Shown here piece by piece: positions 1-9,917 of a DNA stretch of 64,000 nucleotides. A program made the translations under genes and the position numbers. The notes below the pieces were generated by a model, which saw only the letters and a program-made list of their open reading frames with translations, was not told where the DNA came from and made no database searches. The stretch comes from Dehalococcoidales bacterium (GTDB lineage Bacteria > Chloroflexota > Dehalococcoidia > Dehalococcoidales > UBA5627): positions 428 to 64,427 of the forward strand of contig DAOUFJ010000016.1 of assembly GCA_034429935.1 (NCBI GenBank). The letters are read 5' to 3'. How positions within the stretch are numbered: the stretch's first letter is position 1; each line of letters starts with the position of its first letter.

Positions 1-462
1 ATATTTAGGAATGCTTCCCTTGTCTTTCAAATCTTTGATAATGCGTCCCACGGTAGACTCCGAAACCGGTTGTATGCCTTTCCGTCGGCAGGCATCGTTA
101 AGAGCCGGGGTGATGGTAGTTTTATCGACACCCGGATGAGCCAGCCTGTAGTTTAAAATGAAGTCTTTGATAAAAGGATGGACTATCCTGCGTCGTTTAT
201 GAATAGGAGTCTTGTCTTTCGAAGCCAGGGAAGATATCCTGCCGCCCGATTCGGCCAGCCTTTGCTTCCAGAGATATACGGTAGAACGGCTCTTGCCGAA
301 AGCCCTGCGGGTAGCGGTTTCCCCGAAATCATCGAAGAATTGAATGATTTCCAGTCTGTGTTCGATTTCAGTTATTTTTGGATGTTGGATGTTATCCAGA
401 ATATATTGCATTGCATAACTATAGCGTTTTCCATAGTAACTATCTATGTATATCTGTTTCAC
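1..462 (-). CDS. Transposase, N-terminal part (HTH region of an IS481/IS3-like DDE transposase), open at window edge
   Basis: GTG at 462-460. Own translation: VKQIYIDSYYGKRYSYAMQYILDN..FGETATRRAFGKSRSTVYLWKQRLAESGGRISSLASKDKTPIHKRRR..STVGRIIKDLKDKGSIPKY. Absent from the ORF track because no stop lies in the window. Confidence 0.7.
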   Translation of the reverse strand, partial: MKQIYIDSYYGKRYSYAMQYILDNIQHPKITEIEHRLEIIQFFDDFGETATRRAFGKSRSTVYLWKQRLAESGGRISSLASKDKTPIHKRRRIVHPFIKDFILNYRLAHPGVDKTTITPALNDACRRKGIQPVSESTVGRIIKDLKDKGSIPKY

Positions 463-517
463 CCGGACTCCTCTCTTTTCCTTCCATCAGAGTCCAATAT
501 GTTTCTGAACTTTTGCA
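1..517 (-). mobile_element. IS element copy A (truncated by window start); same IS as inverted copy at 63943-64000
   Basis: 460-517 is the exact reverse complement of 63943-64000 (58/58 nt). Identity stops at 517/518, which defines the IS terminus (TGCAAAAGTTCAG... read inward). Confidence 0.8.
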
Positions 518-603
518 CTGTATATGTATGACGATTTAATAATTTTAATCCACTTATTGTATAATAGGGACGGTTATATCCAAATTACTTATGAAAGGGT
601 GAA

Positions 604-1089
604 ATGAAAATGGCACAAAAGAAATATTCCGCTCCTCCGGCTATGACAATCGATACCTCCAAGAAATATACGGCTACCCTTGAAACGGCAAAGGGGAATA
701 TAGTAATCGAATTATTTGCCGCCGATGTCCCCAAAACGGTCAATAACTTCGTCTTTCTGGCGCGCGACGGCTTCTATGACGGCACCACTTTCCATCGTGT
801 AATTGCCGGATTCATGGCTCAGGGCGGCGACCCGACCGGCACCGGCTGCGGAGGCCCCGGTTATGCCTTTGCAGATGAGTTTACCAAACATGTTCACGGC
901 ACGGGCACTTTATCGATGGCCAATGCCGGTCCGAACACTAACGGTTCGCAGTTCTTTATAACATATGCTCCCCAGCCGCATCTCAACAACCATCACACCG
1001 TTTTCGGTCAGATGACCAGCGATATGGCTATCCTGAAAAATATCAGGAACGGAGACGTCATCACTAAAGTTACCATTACCGAAGAGTAA
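604..1089 (+). CDS. ppiB: Cyclophilin-type peptidyl-prolyl cis-trans isomerase
   Basis: 161 aa; [25 protein letters not shown] and [17 protein letters not shown] cyclophilin signatures. Confidence 0.92.
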   Translation: MKMAQKKYSAPPAMTIDTSKKYTATLETAKGNIVIELFAADVPKTVNNFVFLARDGFYDGTTFHRVIAGFMAQGGDPTGTGCGGPGYAFADEFTKHVHGTGTLSMANAGPNTNGSQFFITYAPQPHLNNHHTVFGQMTSDMAILKNIRNGDVITKVTITEE

Positions 1090-1116
1090 TCTTCCTGTTC
1101 TAAATCGGGTATAATA

Positions 1117-1154
1117 GAGGCGGATAGTTAACGGCTGTCCGCCTCGTCTTTTCT
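1117..1154 (+). terminator. Rho-independent terminator after ppiB
   Basis: 8-bp perfect stem GAGGCGGA/TCCGCCTC followed by GTCTTTTCT. Confidence 0.6.
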
Positions 1155-1169
1155 ACAGGAGAATCATAG

Positions 1170-1424
1170 ATGGCGAAACTGGTTCTGGACTTGCACGACA
1201 TTTTCAATAAAGGCGCTTCCATAGATGCGGAACTCAACCGTGTCGTTAACGAAGCTGTTTCAAAAAGGATTACGCTTGTGGAAATCATCCCGGGCAAGGG
1301 GGCTGGGCAGTTGAAGAAAAGGGTATTGCGTTTTTTAAACGAACCTGACATAAAGAAACTATATCACCGCATCGAGAAGGACGATAAGAACTTCGGCAGG
1401 ATATTCGTGCATTTCAAGTTTTAA
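1170..1424 (+). CDS. Stand-alone Smr (small MutS-related) domain protein
   Basis: 84 aa; LDLHD...VEIIPGKGAGQLKKRVLRFL pattern typical of Smr domains. Confidence 0.65.
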   Translation: MAKLVLDLHDIFNKGASIDAELNRVVNEAVSKRITLVEIIPGKGAGQLKKRVLRFLNEPDIKKLYHRIEKDDKNFGRIFVHFKF

Positions 1425-1440
1425 TAAAACATAATCAAAT

Positions 1441-1670
1441 ATGTCATTCTGGAGGGAGTGAAACGACCGAAGAATCTTGGGAGAGGGGCTTATGTTTGTT
1501 CCGTTCGATATAAAATTCTTCGTTTCGTTTTATCTGGATGACTAACGCGGCAATCTCTTCGTTACCAATCATATTAGGCTACTCAGGTATTGAAGTATTC
1601 GAACCGGGGTAATTATGAGGAATTGTAGAGATTGCTTCGTTTTCCTTTCAGGAAAACTCGCAAAGACGCT
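1441..1670. repeat. Mosaic intergenic repeat cluster 1
   Basis: Module B, TGTCATTCTGGAGGGAGTGAAACGACCGAAGAATCTTGGG (1442-1488), is near-identical to 39449-39494. Module A, GTAGAGATTGCTTCG-hairpin-CTCGCAAAGAC (1625-1667), recurs at 38481, 40241, 40370, 47621 and 57621. Confidence 0.85.
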
Positions 1671-1927
1671 TTATTTCCAACCCGTATATTTCGTACGTCC
1701 CTTATGAATTTAGCACGACACTTGCTCTGTTTTTATGAGGATATCCCCTCGGTTATACCTCATAGGTAGTCATAATGTAGTAGAGGTAACCGAACGGCAA
1801 AGTTATGATCCAGATTATATTTTTATCGGTTTGCAGCCAGTCCCCGAAATTGTTGTATTGATGCCACGGATTATTTTTATCGACTCTCATTTTATATCTT
1901 ATATCGAAATTTTATTTTCTTTTAAAA

Positions 1928-3751
1928 CTATTGTTCCATCTTGAGGACGCTCATGAAGGCATCCTTGGGAACCTCTACCTTGCCGATATTTCGCATCTTC
2001 TTCTTCCCTTCTTTCTGTTTTTCGAGGAGCTTGCGTTTACGGGTTATATCGCCGCCGTAGCATTTAGCCAGTACGTCTTTTCTGCGCGCCGCTATATCAG
2101 CACGGGCGACGATGCGGCTGCCGATAGATGCCTGCAAAGGCACTTTAAAGAGTTGCGGAGGAATGACGTCTTTCAGCTTTTCCACCATCGATTTACCGAT
2201 TTCGTGCGCCTTATCCGGCGGAACGACGCGGCTGAAAGCATCCACGACTATTCCGTTTACAAGAACATCCAGTTTGGTCAGCCTGGTTTCCCGGTAACCT
2301 ATCATATCGTGGTCAAGCGAAGCATACCCACGGCTGCGGCTCTTCAACTGGTCATAGAATGTCGTCAGCATCGAACGCAACGGGATTTCATATTCAAGGC
2401 GTACTCTCTGTCCCAGTGCATCGTTTGCATGTGATTGCCCTATGTATTCCGTATGCTTGTATACGCCTTCGGATTGAGTCACCAGATCCATTATCGGCCC
2501 GATAAAAATCGAAGGGGTAATGACCGATATTTTAACCCAGGGTTCCTCCATTTTTAATATTTCTGTCGGTTCCGGCAGGTCAGAGGGATTGACTACAACC
2601 AGTTGATTGCCGTCGGTTTTGGTTACGATTAATTTAACACCCGGAACAGTAACTATAAGCGACAGGTCGAATTCCCTTTCAAGCCTCTCATGGATAATAT
2701 CCATATGCAGCAGTCCGAGGAAGCCGCACCTGTAGCCGTTACCGAGAACAGGGCTGTTTTCCGGCTCGTAAGAAAACGAAGCGTCGTTCAGGCTGAGCTT
2801 TTCTATCGCTTCCCTCAACTGTCCATGGTCTTCGGGCTGGGTAGTATAAATACCGCTGAATACCATCGGTTTCGCCGTCTTGTAACCGATAAGAGGTTCT
2901 GTCGCTCCGTCAACAAGCGAAGTAATGGTATCACCGACGCGGCATTCGCCGACGCTCTTTAGTCCGGTAGCAATATAGCCGATATCCCCGGCAAGCAGTT
3001 CTTCTGACGGATTGAATTTGGGATTGAAATAGCCGATGCTGACGACTTCGAGTTCCGTCCCCTGTCCCATCAGGCGCAGTTTGTCCCCCTTGCGGATGCT
3101 GCCGTCAGTAACGCTGATATAAGCCACCACTCCCATATAGGAATCGTAGTGCGAATCGAATATCAGCGCTCTTAAAGGCTTGTTGACGTCGCCTTTGGGC
3201 GGAGGAATTTTGTTGACGATGGCTTCGAGCAGTTCGGGGACTCCCTGTCCTGTCTTGGCGCTGATATGCAGCACTTCTTCGCTTTTGTATCCAAGTACGC
3301 TCTCGATTTCTTCCAGCACTCTTTCCGGTTCGCTGCTGGGCAAATCGATTTTATTGATAACCGGAATAATTTCCAGGTTATGGTCCATGGCAAAATAGAC
3401 ATTGGAGATTGTCTGTGCCTGAATGCCCTGGGTGGCATCGATAACGAGGATAGCGCCTTCGCAGGCTGCCAGGGTTCTCGATACCTCGTAAGAAAAATCG
3501 ACATGTCCCGGGGTATCGATAAGATTCAACTCGTATGTTTCGCCGTTTTTAGCTTTATAAAGCAGGCGGATGGCCTTGGCTTTTATGGTGATGCCGCGCT
3601 CCCGTTCGAGTTCCATGCTGTCCATGACCTGTTCGACGATTTTATCGCTCTTCATGGCTCCGGTAAGCTCGATAAGCCTGTCGGCGAGCGTCGATTTGCC
3701 GTGGTCGATATGGGCGATGATGCAGAAATTACGGGTATTAAGCTGTTTCAT
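1928..3751 (-). CDS. lepA: Translation elongation factor 4 (LepA)
   Basis: 607 aa; GTPase motifs AHIDHGKST, DTPGH, NKID plus LepA-type C-terminal domain. Confidence 0.97.
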   Translation of the reverse strand: MKQLNTRNFCIIAHIDHGKSTLADRLIELTGAMKSDKIVEQVMDSMELERERGITIKAKAIRLLYKAKNGETYELNLIDTPGHVDFSYEVSRTLAACEGAILVIDATQGIQAQTISNVYFAMDHNLEIIPVINKIDLPSSEPERVLEEIESVLGYKSEEVLHISAKTGQGVPELLEAIVNKIPPPKGDVNKPLRALIFDSHYDSYMGVVAYISVTDGSIRKGDKLRLMGQGTELEVVSIGYFNPKFNPSEELLAGDIGYIATGLKSVGECRVGDTITSLVDGATEPLIGYKTAKPMVFSGIYTTQPEDHGQLREAIEKLSLNDASFSYEPENSPVLGNGYRCGFLGLLHMDIIHERLEREFDLSLIVTVPGVKLIVTKTDGNQLVVVNPSDLPEPTEILKMEEPWVKISVITPSIFIGPIMDLVTQSEGVYKHTEYIGQSHANDALGQRVRLEYEIPLRSMLTTFYDQLKSRSRGYASLDHDMIGYRETRLTKLDVLVNGIVVDAFSRVVPPDKAHEIGKSMVEKLKDVIPPQLFKVPLQASIGSRIVARADIAARRKDVLAKCYGGDITRKRKLLEKQKEGKKKMRNIGKVEVPKDAFMSVLKMEQ

Positions 3752-3790
3752 ATCCCGGTAAAAATTCTCCTAGTCTACTTTATTACTGTA

Positions 3791-4933
3791 TTATACCTTA
3801 TCCGGCAGGAATCTCCAGAATACCTCGTTGCCCAGCAACCTGCCGTGCGGTGTCAGTCTTAAATATATGTTATCATATTCTATAAGCTTGAATTCTGACA
3901 GTTCATCTATTTGACGTTTGTAGTTTTTAATTATATCGATACCGAAGCGTTTTTCAAAGTCTTTCAGGTGTATGCCGTCACACAACCTCAGTCCGAGTAT
4001 AATTGATTCCGCTATCTCAATCTCCGGAGTAATTGCTTCATCGATGTCCAAAGGCGGTAAAGCGTTTTGTGATAAAGAGGCAATATATTTGTCAAAATCC
4101 GCTGTATTTGCACAGCGTCTTCTCTCAAGATAGGAGTGTGCGGCAACCCCGGCACCCAGATATGCTCCTCCCTGCCAGTAAACCAGATTATGCCGGCATT
4201 CCTTCCCCGGTTTTGCCCAGTTCGATATTTCGTAGTGTTTATATCCGTGTTCCTGCAGCAAATCCTCTGCCATCTCATACTGGCTTGCCGCCGTATCGGA
4301 CGAAATCTCCGGTAATTTACCTCCCTGAATCTCTTGAAACAGGGGTTCTTCGGGTTCGAGCGTCAGTGCATAGAGGGAGATATGTTCGGGGTTGACCTCT
4401 AACGCTTTTCGAAGAGTGGACATCCAGTCATCTATAGTCTGCCCGGGAAGTCCGTATATCAGGTCGATATTCAGGTTGTCGAATCCGGCTCTTCTGATAT
4501 CGTTTATCGCATTTGCGGCTTCTTCCGCTGTATGGATACGCCCCAGCATTTGAAGCTCGTTATCATCGAAGCTCTGAACGCCGAGGCTGAGGCGGTTTAT
4601 CCCTGTCGCCTTTATGGATGACAGATACTGTAAATCAATTGTTCCCGGATTAGCTTCGATAGTTATCTCCGCATCATCCGCTACCGGGAAGTGTTTGCCG
4701 GTAGCGGATAGTATTCCGGTCAGTTGTTCTGCCGAAAGCAGGCTGGGAGTGCCTCCGCCGAAATAAACAGTCTTGATATTGCAATCGCGGGAAAGCAGTT
4801 CCAGTTCTTTTGTTATTGCGTCGGTATAGGCAGGAATATCGCATTCCCTCGACTGGTAAGATATGAAAGAGCAATATTTACACTTACGCCGGCAGAAGGG
4901 CACGTGTATATATAATGCCATAACATCGTACAT
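3791..4933 (-). CDS. hemW: Radical SAM heme chaperone HemW (HemN-like, oxygen-independent coproporphyrinogen oxidase family)
   Basis: 380 aa; CRRKCKYC radical-SAM cluster motif near the N-terminus, HemN C-terminal region; classic position downstream of lepA. Confidence 0.85.
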   Translation of the reverse strand: MYDVMALYIHVPFCRRKCKYCSFISYQSRECDIPAYTDAITKELELLSRDCNIKTVYFGGGTPSLLSAEQLTGILSATGKHFPVADDAEITIEANPGTIDLQYLSSIKATGINRLSLGVQSFDDNELQMLGRIHTAEEAANAINDIRRAGFDNLNIDLIYGLPGQTIDDWMSTLRKALEVNPEHISLYALTLEPEEPLFQEIQGGKLPEISSDTAASQYEMAEDLLQEHGYKHYEISNWAKPGKECRHNLVYWQGGAYLGAGVAAHSYLERRRCANTADFDKYIASLSQNALPPLDIDEAITPEIEIAESIILGLRLCDGIHLKDFEKRFGIDIIKNYKRQIDELSEFKLIEYDNIYLRLTPHGRLLGNEVFWRFLPDKV

Positions 4934-4964
4934 ATTATGTCCCTGACCGATATGCTATATCATG

Positions 4965-6794
4965 CTATTCGTTATCTTTACAGCGGTATGATTTATCCCT
5001 CAACCGGTCATGATAGGTCAGCAGCTTCTTGCGCAGCCTGATATTTTCGGGTGTGACCTCGACCAGTTCGTCGTCATTGATGAAGTCTATCGCCTGTTCG
5101 AGACTGAACTTTATGGCCGGTGTCAGCTTTACGGCTATATCGGCGGTGGACGACCTGATATTGGTTTTTTTCTTTTCCTTGCAGATATTTATGGGGATAT
5201 CCTGCATGCGTTGGTGCATGCCGACTATCATACCTTCGTATACCATCGTATTGGGTTCGATAAATGTCTCGCCGCGTTCCTGTGCATTGGCGATGCCGTA
5301 TGATAAAGCCATCCCCGCTTCGGAGGCCACCAGTACGCCGTTGCGAGTAGAGGTGATGGCTCCTTTCCATGGTTCGTATCCCAAAAAGACGGTGTTCATA
5401 ATCCCGTCGCCGCGTGTGGCGGTAAGGAACTGCCCGCGGAAACCTATCAGCCCTTTTGTAGGTATTTTATATTCGAGACGCACATTTCCCTTTCCGTCGT
5501 TGTACATATCGGAAAGCAGCGCCTGACGCTTGCTCAGCATCTCGGTCAAAACACCGATGTATTCTTCCGTGGTATTGATTATCAGGGATTCCACAGGTTC
5601 CATCAGTTTCCCGTCGATCATCTTGGTGATTGCTTCAGGTTTGGATATCTCGAATTCGTATCCCTCTCGTCTCATCGTTTCTATTAAAATAGAGAGATGA
5701 AGTTCGCCTCTGCCTTTTACAATGAAGGTATCGGCACTATCTGTATCCTGTACCCTTAAACTGAGATTTTTCTCCAGTTCACGGTACAGCCTGTCTCTCA
5801 ACTGGCGGGTAGTGCAGTATTGCCCCTCACGTCCGGCAAACGGAGATGTATTTACTCCGAAGGTCATTTCTATGGTAGGTTCACCGATTTCGATTCTGGG
5901 TAACGCTTCCGGATTTTGCGGGTCGGCTACCGTATCGCCGATGCTCACTTTTTCTACCCCGGTTATGGCAACGATGTCTCCGGCTTCGGCCTCGTCTACG
6001 TTCAGCTTTGCCAATCCCATGTATGTGAATACCTCGTCTACCTGGTATTGAGTGGAATTGCCGTCCGCATTCAAACATACTACATAATCGCGGGGTGAAA
6101 TCTTCCCCCTCCAGATTCTGCCGATAGAAATTTTTCCCTTGTGGCTGTTATAGTCCAGGTTGGTTACCAGCATCTGGAAGGGGCCTTCGGCAATCTGCGG
6201 GGGCGGCACTTTTTCCAGTATGCAATCGAGAATAGGGAAGATATTTTTCCCTTCCTGTCCCAGTTCGGTTATGGCTATACCGTTCCTGCCGCTGGCATAG
6301 AGTATCGGGAAATCAAGCTGGTCTTCCCGTGTAGCCAGTTCCAGGAAGAGGTCCTGTGTCAGTTTGATTACCTCTTGAATTCTGGCTTCTTTTTTATCTA
6401 TCTTGTTAATAATCAATATCGGTTTAAGCCCCTTCAACATGGCCTGCTGCAATACGAATTTCGTCTGCGGCATCGGGCCTTCAACGGAATCCACCAGCAG
6501 CAAACAGCCGTCGGCCATGCTGATTACTCTTTCCACTTCACCGCTGAAATCCGCATGTCCCGGGGTGTCGATGATATTGATTTTCACACCTTTATATGTA
6601 ATGGCGGTATTCTTTGCCATAATGGTAATGCCCTTTTCTCTTTCAAGGGTATTGCTGTCCATCACGCATTCGGCCACATGCTGATTTTCACGGAAAATTT
6701 TGCTCTGTTTAAGCAGAGCGTCTACGAGTGTGGTCTTGCCATGGTCGACATGTGCGATGATGGCCACGTTTCTGATATCGTTTCGGTAAATCAT
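4965..6794 (-). CDS. typA: Translational GTPase TypA/BipA
   Basis: 609 aa; AHVDHGKTT, DTPGH, NKID; EF-G-like domain order without domain IV. Confidence 0.95.
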   Translation of the reverse strand: MIYRNDIRNVAIIAHVDHGKTTLVDALLKQSKIFRENQHVAECVMDSNTLEREKGITIMAKNTAITYKGVKINIIDTPGHADFSGEVERVISMADGCLLLVDSVEGPMPQTKFVLQQAMLKGLKPILIINKIDKKEARIQEVIKLTQDLFLELATREDQLDFPILYASGRNGIAITELGQEGKNIFPILDCILEKVPPPQIAEGPFQMLVTNLDYNSHKGKISIGRIWRGKISPRDYVVCLNADGNSTQYQVDEVFTYMGLAKLNVDEAEAGDIVAITGVEKVSIGDTVADPQNPEALPRIEIGEPTIEMTFGVNTSPFAGREGQYCTTRQLRDRLYRELEKNLSLRVQDTDSADTFIVKGRGELHLSILIETMRREGYEFEISKPEAITKMIDGKLMEPVESLIINTTEEYIGVLTEMLSKRQALLSDMYNDGKGNVRLEYKIPTKGLIGFRGQFLTATRGDGIMNTVFLGYEPWKGAITSTRNGVLVASEAGMALSYGIANAQERGETFIEPNTMVYEGMIVGMHQRMQDIPINICKEKKKTNIRSSTADIAVKLTPAIKFSLEQAIDFINDDELVEVTPENIRLRKKLLTYHDRLRDKSYRCKDNE

Positions 6795-6889
6795 ATAGTT
6801 TCGGTAACCCTGCCTCCATCCGGTTCTGTTAAATTTTGTATATTATTATATTCGATTATATCCAAAAAATATAAATAAATACAGTATGA

Positions 6890-8152
6890 TTATCCCGCTT
6901 TTGCGACTGAGGGTTTCCTGTTATTGAACCTCTTGCTGCGGAAATCGTTTCCTATTGTTTGACGCGGGGGGCGAACGTTTCTCCCCCCCATTTTTTGCTG
7001 AGGACGGATTCTTTCATCTACCGGAGCGGGTACGGTATAATCGAATCCCTCCAGAGTCCTTCTTTCTATCGGTGACTTTAAAATCTTCTCGATTTCACGT
7101 ATCATGGCCGTATCCGAACCTGTTACCAGTGTCAGAGCGCTGCCATTGTTATTAATCCTTCCTGTTCTGCCGATGCGATGCGTATAGTCCTCTGAGCATT
7201 CGGGGATGTCATAATTAATAACGTGCGAGATGCTTAAAATATCTATGCCCCGGGAGGCGATATCTGTCGCTACCAATATCTTGATTGAACCTTTGCGCAG
7301 GCCATCGATTGCAGCCTGTCGCCTGAATTGAGATAGATTACCGTGTAAAGCCGCTGCTTTAAACCCGGCTGCTTTCAATTCCTTGGCTACCTTTTCGGCA
7401 CGGTGCTTGGTTCGGGTAAAGATAATTACCGATTCCATTTCTGTACGGTATAGTATTTCCAAAAGTAATGCCGTTTTAAGATGCTGTTTTACAGGATATA
7501 AAGCATGAGATACTGTTTCCGCTGGAACTGTATTTCCGATTTGTATATATATCGGCTCTGTAAGAATATCCTTTATCAGGCTGCGTATTTCTTTGGGCAT
7601 GGTGGCCGAAAAAAGCAGTGTCTGGTGTTTCTGCATTATACATTCGAGAATGCTTTTTATATTCGGCAGAAATCCCATATCCAGCATCCTGTCTGCTTCA
7701 TCGATTACCAGTATCTCGATATGGGTCAAATCGACGGTGCTCCTCCATATGTGGTCTAACAGCCGTCCCGGGCAGGCTACAACAATCTCGGCTTTATTCC
7801 GCAGATTGATGATTTGTTGATTGATGTTAACGCCGCCATAAACGGAGACACTTCTCAATCCGGTTCTTTTTCCCAGTTTATTTATGGCTTCGCATGTTTG
7901 CTCGGCCAGTTCGCGGGTGGGTGACATTATAAGTGCCCTGACCTGTCCCCTTTTCCCTTTCATTAATTGTTGTAGTATGGGCAAGACGAAGGCAGCGGTT
8001 TTTCCCGTCCCTGTCTGTGCCAACCCGACAATATCGCGTCCCTGCATTATAGGCGGAATCGCTTTTAACTGGATTGGTGTAGGCTCGACATATCCGAGCG
8101 CCTGGACGCCTTCCATAATGCTGGGATGTAAATTAAACTCATTAAAATTCAT
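6890..8152 (-). CDS. DEAD-box ATP-dependent RNA helicase
   Basis: 420 aa; Q-motif, AQTGTGKT, VIDEADRM, SAT, HRIGRTGR motifs, basic C-terminal tail. Confidence 0.95.
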   Translation of the reverse strand: MNFNEFNLHPSIMEGVQALGYVEPTPIQLKAIPPIMQGRDIVGLAQTGTGKTAAFVLPILQQLMKGKRGQVRALIMSPTRELAEQTCEAINKLGKRTGLRSVSVYGGVNINQQIINLRNKAEIVVACPGRLLDHIWRSTVDLTHIEILVIDEADRMLDMGFLPNIKSILECIMQKHQTLLFSATMPKEIRSLIKDILTEPIYIQIGNTVPAETVSHALYPVKQHLKTALLLEILYRTEMESVIIFTRTKHRAEKVAKELKAAGFKAAALHGNLSQFRRQAAIDGLRKGSIKILVATDIASRGIDILSISHVINYDIPECSEDYTHRIGRTGRINNNGSALTLVTGSDTAMIREIEKILKSPIERRTLEGFDYTVPAPVDERIRPQQKMGGRNVRPPRQTIGNDFRSKRFNNRKPSVAKAG

Positions 8153-8213
8153 TGAAACTCCTTAGTTAAATACCAGTTGCATATAATTTGAGATTGGATT
8201 GCAACTATAAGAC

Positions 8214-8250
8214 AAACTCCTCCCCTGTTAATAAAAATAGGGAGGAGTTT
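8214..8250 (-). terminator. Strong hairpin downstream of the RRM gene (putative terminator / helicase 5' UTR boundary)
   Basis: 11-bp perfect stem AAACTCCTCCC/GGGAGGAGTTT with 15-nt loop; the U-tract is weak. Confidence 0.45.
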
Positions 8251-8313
8251 ACATTAATATTCGTTATCGACACGTTTCCTTGTTACTCAAGCAGGATGAA
8301 GCAGGGATGTGAA

Positions 8314-8679
8314 TTAGAATCTTCTACCGCCCCTGTTTCCGCCGCTACGATTTCCACTGCCATATCCGCCGCCACGGTTGCCGCCATATCCGCCGCTTCT
8401 GTTGCTACCGTATCCTCCTCCGCTGCTCCTATTGTCTGTGCGGGGACGGGCTTCGTTGACTACGATAGTTCTGTCATTTATCATTTGACCGTTTAATCCG
8501 GCAATAGCAGCTTCAGCCTGTGCTTTGGATGACATTTCTACAAAGGCGAAGCCCTTGGGACGGCCGCTATCTCTGTCCGTAATGATACTTACTGTATCCA
8601 CTTCTCCGTATTCTGAAAATTTCTGTTTCAAATCTTCCTCTGTTATATCGTACGATAAATTTCCGACATATAATTTCAT
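8314..8679 (-). CDS. RRM-type RNA-binding protein with Gly/Arg-rich tail
   Basis: 121 aa; RNP2 LYVGNL, RNP1 KGFAFVEM, C-terminal GGYG/RGG repeats. Confidence 0.9.
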   Translation of the reverse strand: MKLYVGNLSYDITEEDLKQKFSEYGEVDTVSIITDRDSGRPKGFAFVEMSSKAQAEAAIAGLNGQMINDRTIVVNEARPRTDNRSSGGGYGSNRSGGYGGNRGGGYGSGNRSGGNRGGRRF

Positions 8680-8718
8680 AATTATTAACTCCTTATTTTT
8701 TGTTTATTATCTAAATAT

Positions 8719-9048
8719 TTATCTGGTGTCTCTTATTTTGTTATAACAAATGCCGCAATATACAGGTTTATCCTGACTGGGTTTAAATGGCACTTGCGTT
8801 TCCTTTTTACATTCAATGCATGTTGCTGAAAACATTTGCCGCCTGGTTTTTTCATCATGGTTGTTATAATTTCTGGTATTGCTGCCAAGCCGGCTGGTTT
8901 GCCTTGCTTTCCTATCCTGCCGGCATGAAATACAACGCCTGGGCGAATTAGTATAACCCATTGACTGAAATTGCTCCTGTTCGAAAGCGGTAAAAGTAAA
9001 CTCTTTCCCGCAATCGTGACATCGGAGTATCTTGTCTTCGAAAGTCAT
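8719..9048 (-). CDS. Double zinc-ribbon protein (CxxC x4)
   Basis: CHDCG..CISC and CIECK..CGIC pairs. AGGAGGA lies 6 nt before the ATG at 9048, so the track start at 9066 falls inside the RBS. Confidence 0.7.
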   Translation of the reverse strand: MTFEDKILRCHDCGKEFTFTAFEQEQFQSMGYTNSPRRCISCRQDRKARQTSRLGSNTRNYNNHDEKTRRQMFSATCIECKKETQVPFKPSQDKPVYCGICYNKIRDTR

Positions 9049-9318
9049 TGCATGTCCTCCTCTCATAATATATTAGTCGGAGTTCGGGCCATACAATGCT
9101 TATTACAAATCTGAGGGATTTCGAGAAGATTTATTAACCTAAACTTAAACTATTAACATAATTATAACTTAATTTGGCTTACTCTACAAATATAGTTTAT
9201 ATATATGAGATTTTTGCCTGATTATGCGGCTTCGCTAATTCGCCTATTGCAATAATGTTTAACCTCTACTAATATATAACTAGTTGTTCCGCTATCCATT
9301 ATCCATATGGAGGTCACG

Positions 9319-9489
9319 ATGAGCGTTGAAAATACGGGCGAGATATACAGATGCACCGTTTGCGGAAATGAAGTAACTGTTGTTATCGCTGGTGGAGGCA
9401 CTTTGAGTTGTTGCGGGAAGGAGATGGAAAAAATCGCTGATATCAATGATGTTGAAATGTCCCGCAGACTACCGGATTCCGGAATGTAA
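9319..9489 (+). CDS. Desulforedoxin-like small FeS4 protein
   Basis: YRCTVCGNEV...LSCCGKEM four-Cys desulforedoxin motif; GGAGG 5 nt upstream of ATG 9319. Confidence 0.7.
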   Translation: MSVENTGEIYRCTVCGNEVTVVIAGGGTLSCCGKEMEKIADINDVEMSRRLPDSGM

Positions 9490-9551
9490 ATGTATAAAAA
9501 GACCATAAGCCTGTGAAACTTCTCATATTATTAAATTTCAGGAGGAATGAA

Positions 9552-9740
9552 ATGAACATGGGGAAATTGGACAGGATTATTCGTGGCATTATCGGCGTTG
9601 CGTTGATTCTGGTCGCCTTACTTGCTATGGATGGTGCATGGCAAATCGTATTGATAGTTTTAGGTGGAATATTGGTGGGAACGGCCCTCAGCGGTTTTTG
9701 TCCGCTATATGTTCCTTTCCATATTTCAACGAAGAAGTGA
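9552..9740 (+). CDS. Small two-TM membrane protein (YgaP-like/DUF2892-like)
   Basis: GKLDRIIRGIIGVALI...GFCPLY pattern; AGGAGG 6 nt upstream of ATG 9552. Confidence 0.55.
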   Translation: MNMGKLDRIIRGIIGVALILVALLAMDGAWQIVLIVLGGILVGTALSGFCPLYVPFHISTKK

Positions 9741-9829
9741 CCGCCGGGTAAAATTTTTAATAGCAGGTGCTTTATAATTAAAATTCTGGTCGATTGTTGA
9801 TATCAATGTATTTTGGGAGTACAGGGGTA

Positions 9830-9858
9830 TTGACAAAACTAGCCAGGATTTATAAAAT
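9830..9858 (+). promoter_or_regulatory. Near-consensus sigma70-type promoter for the 9918/10316 paralog pair
   Basis: TTGACA (9830-9835), 17-nt spacer, TAAAAT (9853-9858), followed by 5' UTR hairpin TTAGCAA/TTGCTAA. Confidence 0.6.
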
Positions 9859-9917
9859 ATGCTTTAGCAATCTAATGAATACATTGCTAATATATTAAAT
9901 CCAAAGGGGGGCAGTAC

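Noticed and set aside
178-531. 117-aa plus-strand ORF at the window start
   Set aside because: It lies antisense to the transposase reading frame (1-462, minus), which has clear HTH/transposase-like sequence. It is a shadow ORF.
1931-3862. Several 60-198-aa plus-strand ORFs inside lepA (1931-2434, 2690-2962, 3266-3862 and others)
   Set aside because: They are antisense to a full-length, motif-complete LepA and have no motifs of their own. These are typical shadow frames.
5010-6878. Plus-strand ORFs inside typA (up to 245 aa at 6141-6878)
   Set aside because: Antisense shadow of the TypA gene; low-complexity translation with no RBS.
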